Below the pieces are notes generated by a model. It had not been told where the DNA came from. It saw only the letters and a list, made by a program, of their open reading frames with translations, and ran no database searches. A stretch of DNA of 64,000 nucleotides from an uncultured Gammaproteobacteria bacterium (GTDB lineage: Bacteria; Pseudomonadota; Gammaproteobacteria; JABCZS01), in contig CAWKDC010000001.1 in NCBI GenBank assembly GCA_963848305.1, positions 672,001 through 736,000 on the forward strand, given 5' to 3'. How positions within the stretch are numbered: position 1 is the first letter of the stretch; each line of letters starts with the position of its first letter. Of this stretch, positions 21,968 to 33,273 are shown one piece after another. The position numbers were made by a program, and so were the translations under genes.

Positions 21968-23656
21968 TTAGGCTTTGATGAGGGGCAAATATCGGGGTTG
22001 CCATAAAATGCTATCAACGCGTTCTGCCGCGCTGAGCTTGTCTGTCACGCGTGCCAAACCTTCATCCATGGCGACCTGTGCGACGGCCAATGCAATTTGA
22101 TACGCTGCCTCTTTTGCTTCTGTGATTGGTGCAAGCAAAGCCGCATCTGGATCATGCAACACAGGCGACAATTCTGCCAACGCTTCGCATGCCGCCCACA
22201 ACATCGCATCCGTGAGGATACGCGCACGTGTGGCCAAAATCGCCAAGCCCAAACCAGGGAAGGCCAGGGCATTATTTGCTTGAGCAATGATGCGGGTTTT
22301 GCCATTGATCTCAACTGGCTGGAACGGGCTGCCGGTGGCCACCATCACGCGACCGTCTGTCCAATGCAATAAATCGCGTGGATTGGCTTCTGCACGTTCG
22401 GTCGGATTGGATAAAGGCATGATGATAGGACGCTTCACATGCTGCGCCATTGTTTTCACAATCTTCTCGCTGAAAGCGCCAGCTGCAGCTGATGTACCAA
22501 TTAATACGGTTGGTTTGACATGGCTCACGACTTCCTCTAAAGACACATGCTCAGGGCTGCATCCCCATGCCTTCACTTCTGCGGCTGTGCGCATATAGGG
22601 ACGTTGGAAGGATTTCACTTCTTTCCCTTCCACGATCAAACCCTGGCTATTCAATAGCCAGAACTTAGAACGCGCTTCGCGCTCTGGCATGCCTGAACGG
22701 ATCAAGGCGGCCGCGATTTGATCCGCAATGCCCACACCTGCCGCTCCTGCGCCGTAAATCACAATGCGTTGATCTGCAATGGTTTGTTTTGTTGCTTTGA
22801 GTGCTGCTAAAATTGCTGCCAAACACACCACGCCAGTGCCTTGAATGTCGTCGTTAAAACTAGAGTGTTCTTCTTTGTAACGCTCCAACACAGAATGTGC
22901 GGCATCACGGCCAAAATCCTCCCAATGCAAGAAACTGTGCGGGAATTGTTTGGCCACACTTTTCACAAAACGATCGATAAAGTCATCGTACTCTTGACCA
23001 CGCAAGCGTTCATGGCGCCAGCCTAAATAAAGTGGATCATTCAACAGCGTTTGATTGTCCGTTCCCACATCCAGCATCACGGGCAATGTTTTACCGGGAT
23101 TAATGCCTGCACACAGCGTATACACCATGAGTTTTGCGACAGGGATATCCATCCCGCCGATGCCCTGATCGCCGATGCCCAACACCCCACTGCCATCTGT
23201 GGCGACAATGAGGTCGATATCCGGGTGGGTGCGGTTGGAAATCATCATGTCCATGTCATTGCGGTCGGGATAAGCAATATACAACCCTCGTGGAGCGCGG
23301 AATTCACGCGAATATTGCTTCACAGCGTTCCCAATAATCGGGGTGTAAATGATTGGCATCATTTCTTCGAGATGATCACTGACCAGTTTGTAAAAGAGAA
23401 CTTCATTTCGCTCATGTAAGTTATAAAGATAGATATGCTGACTGAGATCGACCGTGTATCGTTTGTATTGTTCATAAGCACGGGCGACTTGCTCATCAAG
23501 GGTTTCGACCCGCGCCGGCAGCTTCCCCAGCAGTCCAAAGGCACGCCGCTCCTCAGCGGTAAACGCGGTACCTTTGTTCAGCAGAGGGGTATTCATCAAT
23601 AATTTACCGGTCAGGCTGGTGACGATGGTATCGTTTTGAAAATTGAAATCCAACAT
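21968..23656 (-). CDS. maeA: NAD-dependent malic enzyme
   Basis: [30 protein letters not shown]. Confidence 0.93.
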   Translation of the reverse strand: MLDFNFQNDTIVTSLTGKLLMNTPLLNKGTAFTAEERRAFGLLGKLPARVETLDEQVARAYEQYKRYTVDLSQHIYLYNLHERNEVLFYKLVSDHLEEMMPIIYTPIIGNAVKQYSREFRAPRGLYIAYPDRNDMDMMISNRTHPDIDLIVATDGSGVLGIGDQGIGGMDIPVAKLMVYTLCAGINPGKTLPVMLDVGTDNQTLLNDPLYLGWRHERLRGQEYDDFIDRFVKSVAKQFPHSFLHWEDFGRDAAHSVLERYKEEHSSFNDDIQGTGVVCLAAILAALKATKQTIADQRIVIYGAGAAGVGIADQIAAALIRSGMPEREARSKFWLLNSQGLIVEGKEVKSFQRPYMRTAAEVKAWGCSPEHVSLEEVVSHVKPTVLIGTSAAAGAFSEKIVKTMAQHVKRPIIMPLSNPTERAEANPRDLLHWTDGRVMVATGSPFQPVEINGKTRIIAQANNALAFPGLGLAILATRARILTDAMLWAACEALAELSPVLHDPDAALLAPITEAKEAAYQIALAVAQVAMDEGLARVTDKLSAAERVDSILWQPRYLPLIKA

Positions 23657-23735
23657 CTGTTCGTTTCCCATGACTAAAGTACCGTGTATTGTATGGTAAG
23701 TAACGAATAATGGCAATGTGGACTATAATTCAGAC

Positions 23736-24595
23736 ATGAACAAATTCGTCCATCCCACAAAACACACCGTGACCTTGCCGGATCCCTTGGGCACCCACCA
23801 AATGGTTTACCATGAATGGGGCAACCCAAACAATCCTCGTGTGCTGGTCTGTATGCATGGATTAACGCGCAATGGCCGGGATTTCGACTTCCTAGCCGCT
23901 GCCCTGTGCGATCATTACCGAGTTCTTGCGCCTGACTTGATTGGCCGGGGCAAAAGTGATTGGCTGAAGGATCCTCATCTTTATACGATTGAACAATACA
24001 TAAACGATATCAGTGGTTGGATGAAACAGCTCAATTTACAAAAAGTAGATTGGATGGGGGCTTCCATGGGCGGCCTTTTGGGGATGCTATTGGCCGCAAA
24101 ACCCCACTCGACTATTCAGCGGTTAGTCCTCGATGATGTCGGCCAGTCATCCGCCAAGAGGCCATGGCAAAATTAAGCTCGGACGTACAAGCTAACCCTA
24201 CCTTTAAAAGCCTAGGCGAACTCAAAGATTTCTTGAAGCAAATCTATAGCCACACCGGAGACATGGAACCTTACCATTGGGATCACCTGCTCGCGCATGA
24301 TCATATTGCCGTGGGCGACGGTACTTATGCGCGCGCCTACGATCCACAATTATTCATGTCCTTCGCCTCGTTTAAAAATAAAGATATCACTTTCTGGCCC
24401 GTGTTCAACGCATTACGTATCCCAATTTTTGTATTACATGGGGAAAATTCCAACGTGCTTACACCAGATATTTGTGCCGAAATGAAAAAACATCAGCCGA
24501 ACATGACCGTGGTTGATTTGCCCAATATTGGCCATGCACCATCCCTCATGGATGAACGGTTCATTCAATTGGTGGTCGATTGGCTGGTTAAGTGA
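23736..24595 (+). CDS. Alpha/beta-fold hydrolase; frameshift near 24142
   Basis: HGLTRNGRDF, nucleophile GASMGG, GHAP; the DVGP motif is split at ggcc. Confidence 0.88.
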
Positions 24596-24665
24596 TGTCA
24601 TCGTGCAGCCCCCTCTGAAGGGGGCAGCTGAGAATACACGACCTAGATACCGTTGAGACATATCA

Positions 24666-25142
24666 CTAAGGATTACATCCGACAGTACTGTCTTGACAAG
24701 CAGTTCCGTTTTGGTTTAACACACACTTGGTATTCACATATGATGGATAACTGCTGTTATTTCCATAGTAGTTAGTACAATTTCCAACAGACACAGCGCT
24801 GCAACCATTTTCAGCTTTGTTAGAAGGACACATAACAGGGTTGCATTGCGCGCCCTTATCACGTTTACAGAAGCAGCCAAACGTGTCGGAACCATCAAGG
24901 GCAAGTCGCGCACCGCCGCTTTGACACCGATATGATTTACCATTGTAGGAGTTATACTCATAAACGTTGTAGCAGTTTGCAACAGCGCCGCTGCAAGACG
25001 CGGCATCCGAGCCGGCTTGCACGTTGATACACTGATTAGATGTTGCTATGCTGCCAGAGCAATTTGGGTGACCGGCGTAAATAGGGTTGATGGCGACTAC
25101 TAACAGCAGAGTAGCCAGTATTTTGGTCAGTGATTTTGGCAT
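24666..25142 (-). CDS. Secreted Cys-rich protein, copy 1 (14 Cys)
   Basis: Signal peptide, two Cys-rich modules each ending CNP; paralog of 25297-25773. Confidence 0.85.
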   Translation of the reverse strand: MPKSLTKILATLLLVVAINPIYAGHPNCSGSIATSNQCINVQAGSDAASCSGAVANCYNVYEYNSYNGKSYRCQSGGARLALDGSDTFGCFCKRDKGAQCNPVMCPSNKAENGCSAVSVGNCTNYYGNNSSYPSYVNTKCVLNQNGTACQDSTVGCNP

Positions 25143-25264
25143 GTCATGGTTCCTGTTGCAAAAGAAGGTTGTTTATTAAAAGATAGCTCAAATAAGAAGG
25201 ATGACAACCCCCGACGTGCAAACCGGCGCGCCTACGGCGCAGGGGCGGGAATACCCGCCCCTAC
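25143..25264 (-). promoter_or_regulatory. Duplicated upstream region (second copy 25774-25894) with a GTAG-type REP and a putative sigma70 promoter
   Basis: Copies differ at only 2 positions over about 120 bp; GTAGGGGCGGGTATTCCCGCCCC hairpin; TTGT(C/G)A-N16-TATCTT; AGGA before the start. Confidence 0.6.
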
Positions 25265-25296
25265 AGGGGGCGAAGACCAAAGCCTTCGTAAGCATA

Positions 25297-25773
25297 TTAA
25301 GGAGGATTACACCCGGTAGTACTGTTTTGACAAGCAGTTCCGTTTACCTCACACTTGAGATTCACATATGGTGGATAACCGCTGATATTTTCTGCATAGT
25401 AGCCAGTGCAATCTGCAGCAGACACAGCGCTGCAACCTTGATTAGCTTTCTTAGAAGGACACATAACAGGGTTGCATCGCCCGCCGCCGGAATTACGTAG
25501 ACATGTTAACGATATCTTGTTATTAGTTAAAGCCTTTTCAGCCGCAGTATTACGTCCACACGCATATGACTTACCACCGACAGAATTGTACTCATAGTAC
25601 GTTGTACAATCAGTGCCGTAACCTGCTACGCCGCTGGTAAGAGAATACCAAATCTCTCCACAATCATTAGCAGTTGCTATGCTGCCAGAGCAATTTGGGT
25701 AACCAGCATAAGTAGGGTTGATGGCGACTACTAACAGCAGAGTAGCCAGTATTTTGGTCAGTGATTTTGGCAT
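25297..25773 (-). CDS. Secreted Cys-rich protein, copy 2 (12 Cys)
   Basis: Near-identical signal peptide and Cys scaffold to copy 1; duplication period 631 bp. Confidence 0.85.
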   Translation of the reverse strand: MPKSLTKILATLLLVVAINPTYAGYPNCSGSIATANDCGEIWYSLTSGVAGYGTDCTTYYEYNSVGGKSYACGRNTAAEKALTNNKISLTCLRNSGGGRCNPVMCPSKKANQGCSAVSAADCTGYYAENISGYPPYVNLKCEVNGTACQNSTTGCNPP

Positions 25774-25927
25774 GTCATGGTTCCTGTTGCAAAAGGAGGT
25801 TGTTTATTAAAAGATAGCTCAAATAAGAAGGATCACAACCCCCGACGTGCAAACCGGCGCGCCTACGGCGCAGGGGCGGGAATACCCGCCCCTATCCTAA
25901 TGTTTCCTGATGGTGTCTTCGTCCGAT

Positions 25928-28428
25928 TTATCCTGATGCGCCGTCACGGCGGGTGAGACCGTTGTGTCTGAGATCGCGTGGCACAGGAGGATGCAGCAGG
26001 GCAATATCCAGCACTTGATCAATCCAACGCACAGGCACAATCTTGAGATCTTCCAAAACGTTTTTGGGGATTTCTTTCAAATCACGCTCATTTTCAATCG
26101 GGATGATCACCGTCTTGATGCCTGAGCGGCGCGCGGCCAGCAGTTTTTCTTTCAAGCCGCCAATCGGCAATACTTCGCCACGTAAGGTAATTTCACCAGT
26201 CATGGCAACATCAGCATGGACAGGAATACCCGTTAAGGCAGATACCATTGCCGTGCACATGCCAATACCTGCACTTGGACCATCTTTCGGGGTGGCACCC
26301 TCAGGCACGTGAACGTGCATGTCAAATTTTTCATAAAAATCGACTGGTACGCCCAACGCTTGCGAACGGCTGCGGATCACCGTGAAGGCAGCTTGAATGG
26401 ATTCTTGCATCACCTCGCCCAATTGCCCCGTGCGGGTGACTTTGCCCTTACCCGGTGAAGAAGCGGCTTCAATCGTGAGCATTTCACCGCCAACAGACGT
26501 CCAGGCCAACCCGTTGACTTGCCCAATGCGATCATCTTCATGCATGACGTCGAAACGGAATTTCGCTACACCTAAAAACTTTTCAAGATTATTTGGCGTA
26601 ACCGTCGTCTTCGCTTCTTTCGGTTTGATCACATTTTGCTTAACGACTTTGCGGCAAATTTTTGAAATTTCACGTTCGAGACTGCGAACACCTGCTTCAC
26701 GTGTATAATCACGGATGATTTGCTTAACGGCTGCATCAGTGACTTTGATTTCATCATCTGTCAGACCGTTGTTTTTAATTTGCTTGGGCAGCAAATAATT
26801 CAACGCAATGTTCATTTTTTCATCTTCCGTATAACCCGCCAGACGGATCACTTCCATACGATCCAATAAAGCATCAGGGATACTCAATGAATTTGAAGTG
26901 GCAATGAACATGACATCCGACAAATCGAAATCCACTTCTAAGTAGTGATCGCTGAAGGTATCATTTTGTTCCGGATCCAATACTTCCAATAAAGCAGCAG
27001 CAGGATCACCGCGGAAATCACTCGCCATTTTGTCGATTTCATCGAGCAAAAAGAGGGGATTACGCACGCCGACTTTGGCTAATTTTTGCAAAATTTTACC
27101 AGGCATGGAACCAATGTATGTCCGACGGTGACCCCGAATTTCAGCTTCATCACGCACACCACCGAGTGAAATGCGGACAAATTCACGGCCAGTAGCACGC
27201 GCAATCGATTGCCCTAGTGATGTCTTGCCCACGCCAGGAGGAGCCGTACCAAACACAAAATGGGGCTGTACTGTTTCAATTTAGTGGCATGGTGCTCTGC
27301 TTGCAATTTTTTCGAGACTTTGCCTTTTTTCTTGCTCGCCTTGGCGGACAAACTGTGTAAACGCCCTTCGACGGCCAGATGTTCAATGATCCGTTCTTTC
27401 ACTTTTTCAAGACCATAATGATCTTCATCCAAAATCTTTTCAGCAAGCGCCAAATTGTAGGTGAGCTGAGACGCCTTTTTCCATGGCACTTGCAACATCC
27501 AATCCAGGTAGTTGCGGGTGACCGTGGCTTCAGCAGACATGGGCGACATGAGTTTCAATTTACTGAGTTCTGCGAGGGCTTTGGCCTTGGCTTCCTCAGG
27601 CATACCCGCTTCTTCTATTTTACGCGCCAAAGCTTCAGCTTCATTGGGCACATCATCAAGTTCAGACAATTCTTTTTGAATCGCTTGCATTTGTTCTTTC
27701 AAGAAATATTCGCGTTGCGTTTTTTCCATCTGGCCTTTGACTTGCACACGAATACGTTTTTCAACTTCCAACAAATCCAAGGATTTTTCTAAAAAAACCA
27801 ATAATTTTTCAAGACGCTCATCAACGGCCAGTGTTTCCAAAATAGATTGCTTTTCATCGATCTTGAGAGGCATATGAGCTGAAATAGTGTCCGCTAAACG
27901 GCCCGGATCTTCAATGCTCGCAAGAGAGCTTAAGATTTCAGGAGGGATTTTTTTATTGAGTTTCACATAATTTTCGAATTCATTGAGCACAGAACGCGTG
28001 AGCACTTCTGTTTCAATGCTGTTTCCCATTTGACTCGGCAAAATTTCATATTGCGCTTCTAAATAAGTGCCATTATGAAATTGTTCTAAAACGCGCGCAC
28101 GTTCAGTGCCTTCAACCAATACTTTGAGTGTCCCATCAGGCAGTTTCAATAATTGAAGGATATTCGCGCAAGCGCCAATATCGTAGAGATCCTTCCAACG
28201 GGGCGAATCAATGGAAGGATCGCGCTGTGCGACCAGTAAAATCTGCTTATCGGCGTTCATGGCAGCGGCTAGCGCAGCCACGGATTCTTCGCGACCCACA
28301 AACAGTGGGATCACCATGTTGGGGGATACCACCACATCGCGTAGGGGGAGAACCGGCAAACGGTCAGCGTGTTGCTCTGGCGCTTGGTGAGTATCGAGTA
28401 TCGATCTATCGTCTTGTCCAAAAACCAT
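25928..28428 (-). CDS. lon: ATP-dependent protease La; frameshift near 27245
   Basis: LPLRD N-domain, split Walker A (LVGPPGVGKT), catalytic [15 protein letters not shown]. Confidence 0.96.
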
Positions 28429-28507
28429 GAATATCCTCCCAGTGTGATAGGGTTAACCAATAAAACCCATAGGAAATACATGGGGCAAAACACTGCAGAA
28501 TTCAAGT

Positions 28508-29788
28508 CTATGCTTCGTTGGCTTTAGGAAGTTCCTCTGGGTTTTTATAGACCAGCAAGGGTTCAGATTCACCTAAAATGACACTTTCATCAATCACGAC
28601 CTTAGAAATATGCTGGGATGAAGGAATATCGTACATCGTATCCAACAGCACATTTTCTAGAATAGAGCGTAAACCGCGCGCACCGGTTTTGCGTTGCAAG
28701 GCTTGCTTTGCAACGGCAATCAGCGCACTTTCACGGAACTCAACTTCCACCCCTTCCATGCCAAACAAATGTTGATATTGCTTTATCAAGGCATTTTTAG
28801 GTTCGGTCAAAATTTGGATCAATTGTGTTTCGTCGAGCTCAGTCAACGTGGCCACCACAGGTAAGCGCCCAATAAATTCGGGAATAAGCCCATAGCGGAT
28901 CAGATCTTCGGGTTCCACTTGTGCCAACACTTCACTGACTGTTTTTCGGTCAGACTTGCCTTTCACTTCAGCAGAAAAACCGATGCCGCCCTTCTCAGAA
29001 CGCTCCAGAATCACTTTCTCAAGGCCTGCGAACGCACCCCCACAAATGAATAATATGTTGGAGGTATCCACTTGCAAAAATTCTTGTTGTGGATGCTTGC
29101 GACCACCTTGTGGAGGAATCGCGGCCACCGTGCCTTCGATCAATTTCAATAAGGCTTGTTGAACGCCTTCCCCCGATACGTCACGGGTGATTGAAGGGTT
29201 CTCCGATTTACGGGAAATTTTATCAATTTCGTCGATGTAAACAATGCCGCGCTGTGCGCGTTCGATGTCGTAATCACATTTTTGCAGCAACTTTTGAATG
29301 ATGTTTTCAACATCTTCACCCACATACCCTGCTTCCGTGAGCGTCGTGGCGTCTGCCATGGCGAAAGGCACATTCAATAAGCGCGCCAATGTTTGCGCCA
29401 ATAAAGTTTTACCACTGCCTGTGGGGCCAATGAGCAGGATATTGCTTTTGCTCAGCTCAACTTGATCACCCGAGCCCTTTTTGCCAGACATACTCAAGCG
29501 CTTGTAATGATTGTAAACGGCCACAGCCAATACTTTCTTGGCCTTTTCTTGGCCAATGACATATTCATCCAAAGTGTCGTTGATTTCACGGGGTGTAGGC
29601 AGCTTTTGTTGGGTTTCACCATTTTTATCGGTGGTCTCTTCCACAATGATATCTGTGCACAATGCCACACATTCATCACAGATATAAACAGATGGACCCG
29701 CAATAAGTTTACGCACTTCATGTTGGCTTTTGCCGCAGAAGGAGCAGTAAAGTAATTTACCCTCTCCCTGTGTTCCTGATTTGCTCAT
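28508..29788 (-). CDS. clpX: ClpX ATPase
   Basis: CSFCGK zinc finger, [19 protein letters not shown] and IGF loops. Confidence 0.97.
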   Translation of the reverse strand: MSKSGTQGEGKLLYCSFCGKSQHEVRKLIAGPSVYICDECVALCTDIIVEETTDKNGETQQKLPTPREINDTLDEYVIGQEKAKKVLAVAVYNHYKRLSMSGKKGSGDQVELSKSNILLIGPTGSGKTLLAQTLARLLNVPFAMADATTLTEAGYVGEDVENIIQKLLQKCDYDIERAQRGIVYIDEIDKISRKSENPSITRDVSGEGVQQALLKLIEGTVAAIPPQGGRKHPQQEFLQVDTSNILFICGGAFAGLEKVILERSEKGGIGFSAEVKGKSDRKTVSEVLAQVEPEDLIRYGLIPEFIGRLPVVATLTELDETQLIQILTEPKNALIKQYQHLFGMEGVEVEFRESALIAVAKQALQRKTGARGLRSILENVLLDTMYDIPSSQHISKVVIDESVILGESEPLLVYKNPEELPKANEA

Positions 29789-29800
29789 CCAGATTCCTCG

Positions 29801-30439
29801 TTAAGCAGCAGATTCTTTATTATCACTGGCGGGTGGAACACGGCGTTCCAGCACGGAATCGATCAAACCATATTTCAACGCCTCTTGGGCGGTCATGATA
29901 TTGTCGCGATCCGTGTCCAACTTGACCTTCTCGAGGGGTTGACCGGTATGTTTCGCCAATAACACGTTTAAACTTTCACGCATGCGCAAAATTTCGCGAG
30001 CATGGATTTCAATATCACTTGCCTGCCCTTGAACACCACCCAACGGTTGATGAATCAAGATGCGTGAGTTAGGCAATGCATAACGCTGCCCTGGTGCACC
30101 ACCAGCCAATAAGAAAGCACCCATGCTGCAGGCTTGACCCATGCAATACGTGGCGACTTTAGGACGGATGAATTGCATCGTATCGTAAATGGACATGCCT
30201 GCCGTGACAGACCCACCTGGGGAGTTAATGTACAGGCTGATGTCTTTGTCAGGATTCTCAGATTCCAAGAATAACAACTGTGCGACAATCAGATTGGCCA
30301 TGTGATCTTCCACTTGACCCACCAAAAAAACCACACGTTCTTTCAAGAGACGTGAAAAAATATCGTAAGAACGTTCGCCGCGGGCGGATTGCTCCACCAC
30401 CATGGGAACCAGCGTGTTGTAGAAGTCAGACATTTTCAT
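29801..30439 (-). CDS. clpP: ClpP protease
   Basis: [20 protein letters not shown]. Confidence 0.97.
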   Translation of the reverse strand: MKMSDFYNTLVPMVVEQSARGERSYDIFSRLLKERVVFLVGQVEDHMANLIVAQLLFLESENPDKDISLYINSPGGSVTAGMSIYDTMQFIRPKVATYCMGQACSMGAFLLAGGAPGQRYALPNSRILIHQPLGGVQGQASDIEIHAREILRMRESLNVLLAKHTGQPLEKVKLDTDRDNIMTAQEALKYGLIDSVLERRVPPASDNKESAA

Positions 30440-30445
30440 TTATCC

Positions 30446-31780
30446 TTAAGCGTTGGATTTCGCTTTTTCCAAAGCGCGCAATTTCTGGGGTAGCTCTTTA
30501 TAGCTTAGCGCTTCTTCGGTTTCTTGCACGCGTTCAAGCAAATGATTTACGGCTTGCTCTTCTAGAATGATAGAAGCAAGCAAGTTGCGTAAACGAGGCG
30601 TCTTGTATATGTTATCAAGCTCACCTTTAGGATCGCGGGTACGGAACGCCATTTCCATAGCGGCGCGGTACATTTTGGCTTCATCCAGTTTGATTCCTTC
30701 TTGGCGAATGTATTGCCCCAAAATCAAACTTAATTTCACACGACGCTCAGCTTCTTCGGTGTGACCGCAAGCTGCGCCTTCTTCGTGTGCGTGATCATGC
30801 TGATGTTCATGGTGTAATGCAGCCACTTCTTGATCGATCAAGCCCTTGGGCACAGACAAATCACTGTGTTGCTTCAAAAGATATTGCAACAGTTCTTCTT
30901 TCATGAAGCTGTTCAACATGCGCTTGGCATTCTCATGCAAATTCTTTTCAACATCAGCACGCAATGCATCCACCGTGCCTGCTTCGACACGAGCCACTTC
31001 TTTGATGAATTTTTCATCGATTTCTGGCAGCTCAGGCGCTTCAACAGATAAAACATCCAAATCGAAGTGAGCAGTTTTGCCTGCTAATTCATCGCGGAAA
31101 TAGTCTTCAGGGAATGGCAAATCGAATGATAACTTACCGCCTGCGACAGCACCCACCAATGCATCTTCAAAGCCAGGAATGGCCTCTTTCGAGCCGATTT
31201 GCATGGACATTTGTGCATCTTTCTCAAAAAAATCGTTTTCGCCGCTGATTTTACCCGTCAGCTTGAAATGCACGCGCATCCCTTCTTTGGCAGCGCCTTC
31301 CACCGGTGTCCAGTTGGCAGCACGTGTGCGCAAACGTTCGATGGCTTCATCGATATCACCCGAGGCAACCACTACTTTAGGTTTGCTGAGCCCAATCGGG
31401 TTTAAGCCTTTTAAGGTCACTTCAGGATAAATGTCGAAAGTGACTGAAAATTTTAAAGGTTGACCTGCTTCTGCTTTTTCAATATCCAGCACAGGACGAC
31501 CGGCCAGGATTAATTTTTCATTTTCAACGGTTTGACGAATTGAATCGTCTGTCATTTTATTGATGACTTCATAACGCGCCTGATCCGTCACCCGTTTTTT
31601 GACGTCTCCACGCAGTATAGCCTTGCCTGGACGGAATCCATCAACCTTCAATGTTTTAGACAGTTTTTTGAGCTCTTGAGTGCAAGCTGCCTCAAATACC
31701 TCAGACGGCACTGTGACCAGCAGCTTTCTTTCATGGGGACCGATTTTTTGTAGGGACATTTCCATTGAGACAGAAGACAT
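30446..31780 (-). CDS. tig: Trigger factor
   Basis: GFRPGK signature, FKBP domain (IPGFED, FPEDY). Start moved to ATG 31780 because the longer ORF overlaps tRNA-Leu. Confidence 0.93.
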   Translation of the reverse strand: MSSVSMEMSLQKIGPHERKLLVTVPSEVFEAACTQELKKLSKTLKVDGFRPGKAILRGDVKKRVTDQARYEVINKMTDDSIRQTVENEKLILAGRPVLDIEKAEAGQPLKFSVTFDIYPEVTLKGLNPIGLSKPKVVVASGDIDEAIERLRTRAANWTPVEGAAKEGMRVHFKLTGKISGENDFFEKDAQMSMQIGSKEAIPGFEDALVGAVAGGKLSFDLPFPEDYFRDELAGKTAHFDLDVLSVEAPELPEIDEKFIKEVARVEAGTVDALRADVEKNLHENAKRMLNSFMKEELLQYLLKQHSDLSVPKGLIDQEVAALHHEHQHDHAHEEGAACGHTEEAERRVKLSLILGQYIRQEGIKLDEAKMYRAAMEMAFRTRDPKGELDNIYKTPRLRNLLASIILEEQAVNHLLERVQETEEALSYKELPQKLRALEKAKSNA

Positions 31781-31803
31781 AACACGTACCTCTTTGACAG
31801 TGA

Positions 31804-31888
31804 TGGTGCGAAAGGAGAGACTCGAACTCTCACGGGTTTCCCCACTGGAACCTAAATCCAGCGCGTATACCAATTTCGCCACTTTCGC
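31804..31888 (-). tRNA. tRNA-Leu(TAG)
   Basis: GCGAAAGTGGCGAAATTGG...TTTAGGT..., long variable arm, CCA. Confidence 0.95.
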
Positions 31889-31896
31889 TTAAAATA

Positions 31897-31973
31897 TGGG
31901 GTGAGCGATGGGATTTGAACCCACGACGACCGGAATCACAATCCGGGGCTCTACCAACTGAGCTACGCCCACC
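31897..31973 (-). tRNA. tRNA-His(GTG)
   Basis: GGTGGGCGTAGCTCAG...TTGTGAT...CCCCA including G-1. Confidence 0.95.
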
Positions 31974-31989
31974 AAACTAGTTTCAAATT

Positions 31990-32063
31990 CGCGCCCGGCA
32001 GGACTCGAACCTGCTACCCTCGGCTTAGAAGGCCGATGCTCTATCCAGATGAGCTACGGGCGC
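31990..32063 (-). tRNA. tRNA-Arg(TCT), CCA not encoded
   Basis: GCGCCCGTAGCTCATCTGGATAGAGC...CTTCTAA...GGTTCGAGTCC...GGGCGCG. Confidence 0.94.
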
Positions 32064-32183
32064 AGTAGGTTCTGACCCTAAAGCTACTAACCAGGCCATC
32101 AGCCGCAGGTTTTTGCGCTTCGGTGCTTGCCTCTATAACCAGCGCCATCCACTCGGCTAAGCGCTTTAGGGACAGAACCTATT
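32064..32183. repeat. 120-bp element bounded by about 21-bp inverted repeats (MITE/REP-like)
   Basis: agtaggttctgaccctaaagc ... gctttagggacagaacctatt. Confidence 0.65.
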
Positions 32184-32198
32184 CGTCCTAACGGGTTT

Positions 32199-32272
32199 TC
32201 GGGGCAGAGGGATTCGAACCCCCGACTTCCTGAACCCAAATCAGGCGCGCTACCAAACTGCGCTATACCCCG
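32199..32272 (-). tRNA. tRNA-Pro(TGG), CCA not encoded
   Basis: CGGGGTATAGCGCAG...CCTGATTTGGGTTCAGG...GGTTCGAATCC...CCCCGA. Confidence 0.94.
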
Positions 32273-32386
32273 TTCCATACTACGGAAGCGACGATCATAC
32301 CCAAGGTTTAGCAATAACGCAATGACTATTTTCTGAAAAAACTTTCGTGATGGAGTAGAATGGTTTTTCCTAAGTTTGGAGGGATT

Positions 32387-33232
32387 ATGTCAAAGATAAT
32401 TGATGGCAGAAAACATGCGCAGACCTTACTGGCAGAAGTGGCGAGCAAGATTGAACAACGCATCGCTGAAGGTTTTCCTCGTCCCGGTCTTGCGGTGGTC
32501 CTCGTTGGCGATGATCCAGCCTCACAGGTTTACGTCAAACATAAAATCAAAGGCTGCGAAACTGTGGGCATCAGCTCTTTTGTCCATCGCATGCAGGCGG
32601 ATTGTACACAAGCCCAATTGCTTCAGTTGATCCATGATCTCAATGAGGATGCTGCCGTTCACGGCATTCTCGTCCAATCCCCCCTCCCAGCCCACATGGA
32701 CATGCAAGCTGTGATTGAAGCGATTCCGCCCCATAAAGATGTCGACGGTTTTCATCCTTACAATTTAGGACGACTGGCTCAACGGGCGCCCTTACTACGT
32801 CCCTGCACGCCCTATGGGATTATTCGGATGCTACAGGCCGAATCGTTGCCTATTAAGGGGCAATATGCGGTGATGGTCGGCGCATCCAACATTGTTGGGC
32901 GCCCCATGATGCTGGAGTTCCTCAATGCCGGGGCGACAGTCACTTGTTGCCACCGTTTCACACAGGATTTGGCGAGCCATGTCTCTCAAGCGGATATCTT
33001 GGTGGTTGCCACGGGGGTTGCAGGACTGGTGCAGGGGCGGGATATCAAACTCGGCGCCACGGTGATTGATGTGGGGATCACCCGCCTGCCGAATGGCCGC
33101 CTGGTCGGCGATATTGATTTTGAGAGCGCCCAAGCACGCGCGGGCGCCATTACCCCTGTCCCCGGCGGCGTTGGGCCCATGACCGTGGCACAGTTGATGG
33201 ATAATACATTGAAGGCGGCCATGGCATTATAG
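32387..33232 (+). CDS. folD: Methylenetetrahydrofolate dehydrogenase/cyclohydrolase
   Basis: KDVDGFHP, PCTP, TPVPGGVGPMT. Confidence 0.96.
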   Translation: MSKIIDGRKHAQTLLAEVASKIEQRIAEGFPRPGLAVVLVGDDPASQVYVKHKIKGCETVGISSFVHRMQADCTQAQLLQLIHDLNEDAAVHGILVQSPLPAHMDMQAVIEAIPPHKDVDGFHPYNLGRLAQRAPLLRPCTPYGIIRMLQAESLPIKGQYAVMVGASNIVGRPMMLEFLNAGATVTCCHRFTQDLASHVSQADILVVATGVAGLVQGRDIKLGATVIDVGITRLPNGRLVGDIDFESAQARAGAITPVPGGVGPMTVAQLMDNTLKAAMAL

Positions 33233-33273
33233 AAAAGAGCATTCAAAATGAACGTTCACCAGGAGATTGGTTC

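Noticed and set aside
24666-25773. Diversity-generating retroelement TR/VR pair
   Set aside because: Differences are not limited to adenines, indels are present, both copies are full genes, and no reverse transcriptase is in the window.
31781-31882. N-terminal extension of trigger factor
   Set aside because: It is read through tRNA-Leu; the ATG at 31780 has an RBS-like AGAGG upstream.
31804-32272. Prophage or integrative element at the tRNA cluster
   Set aside because: No integrase, phage genes or duplicated tRNA 3' end seen in the window.
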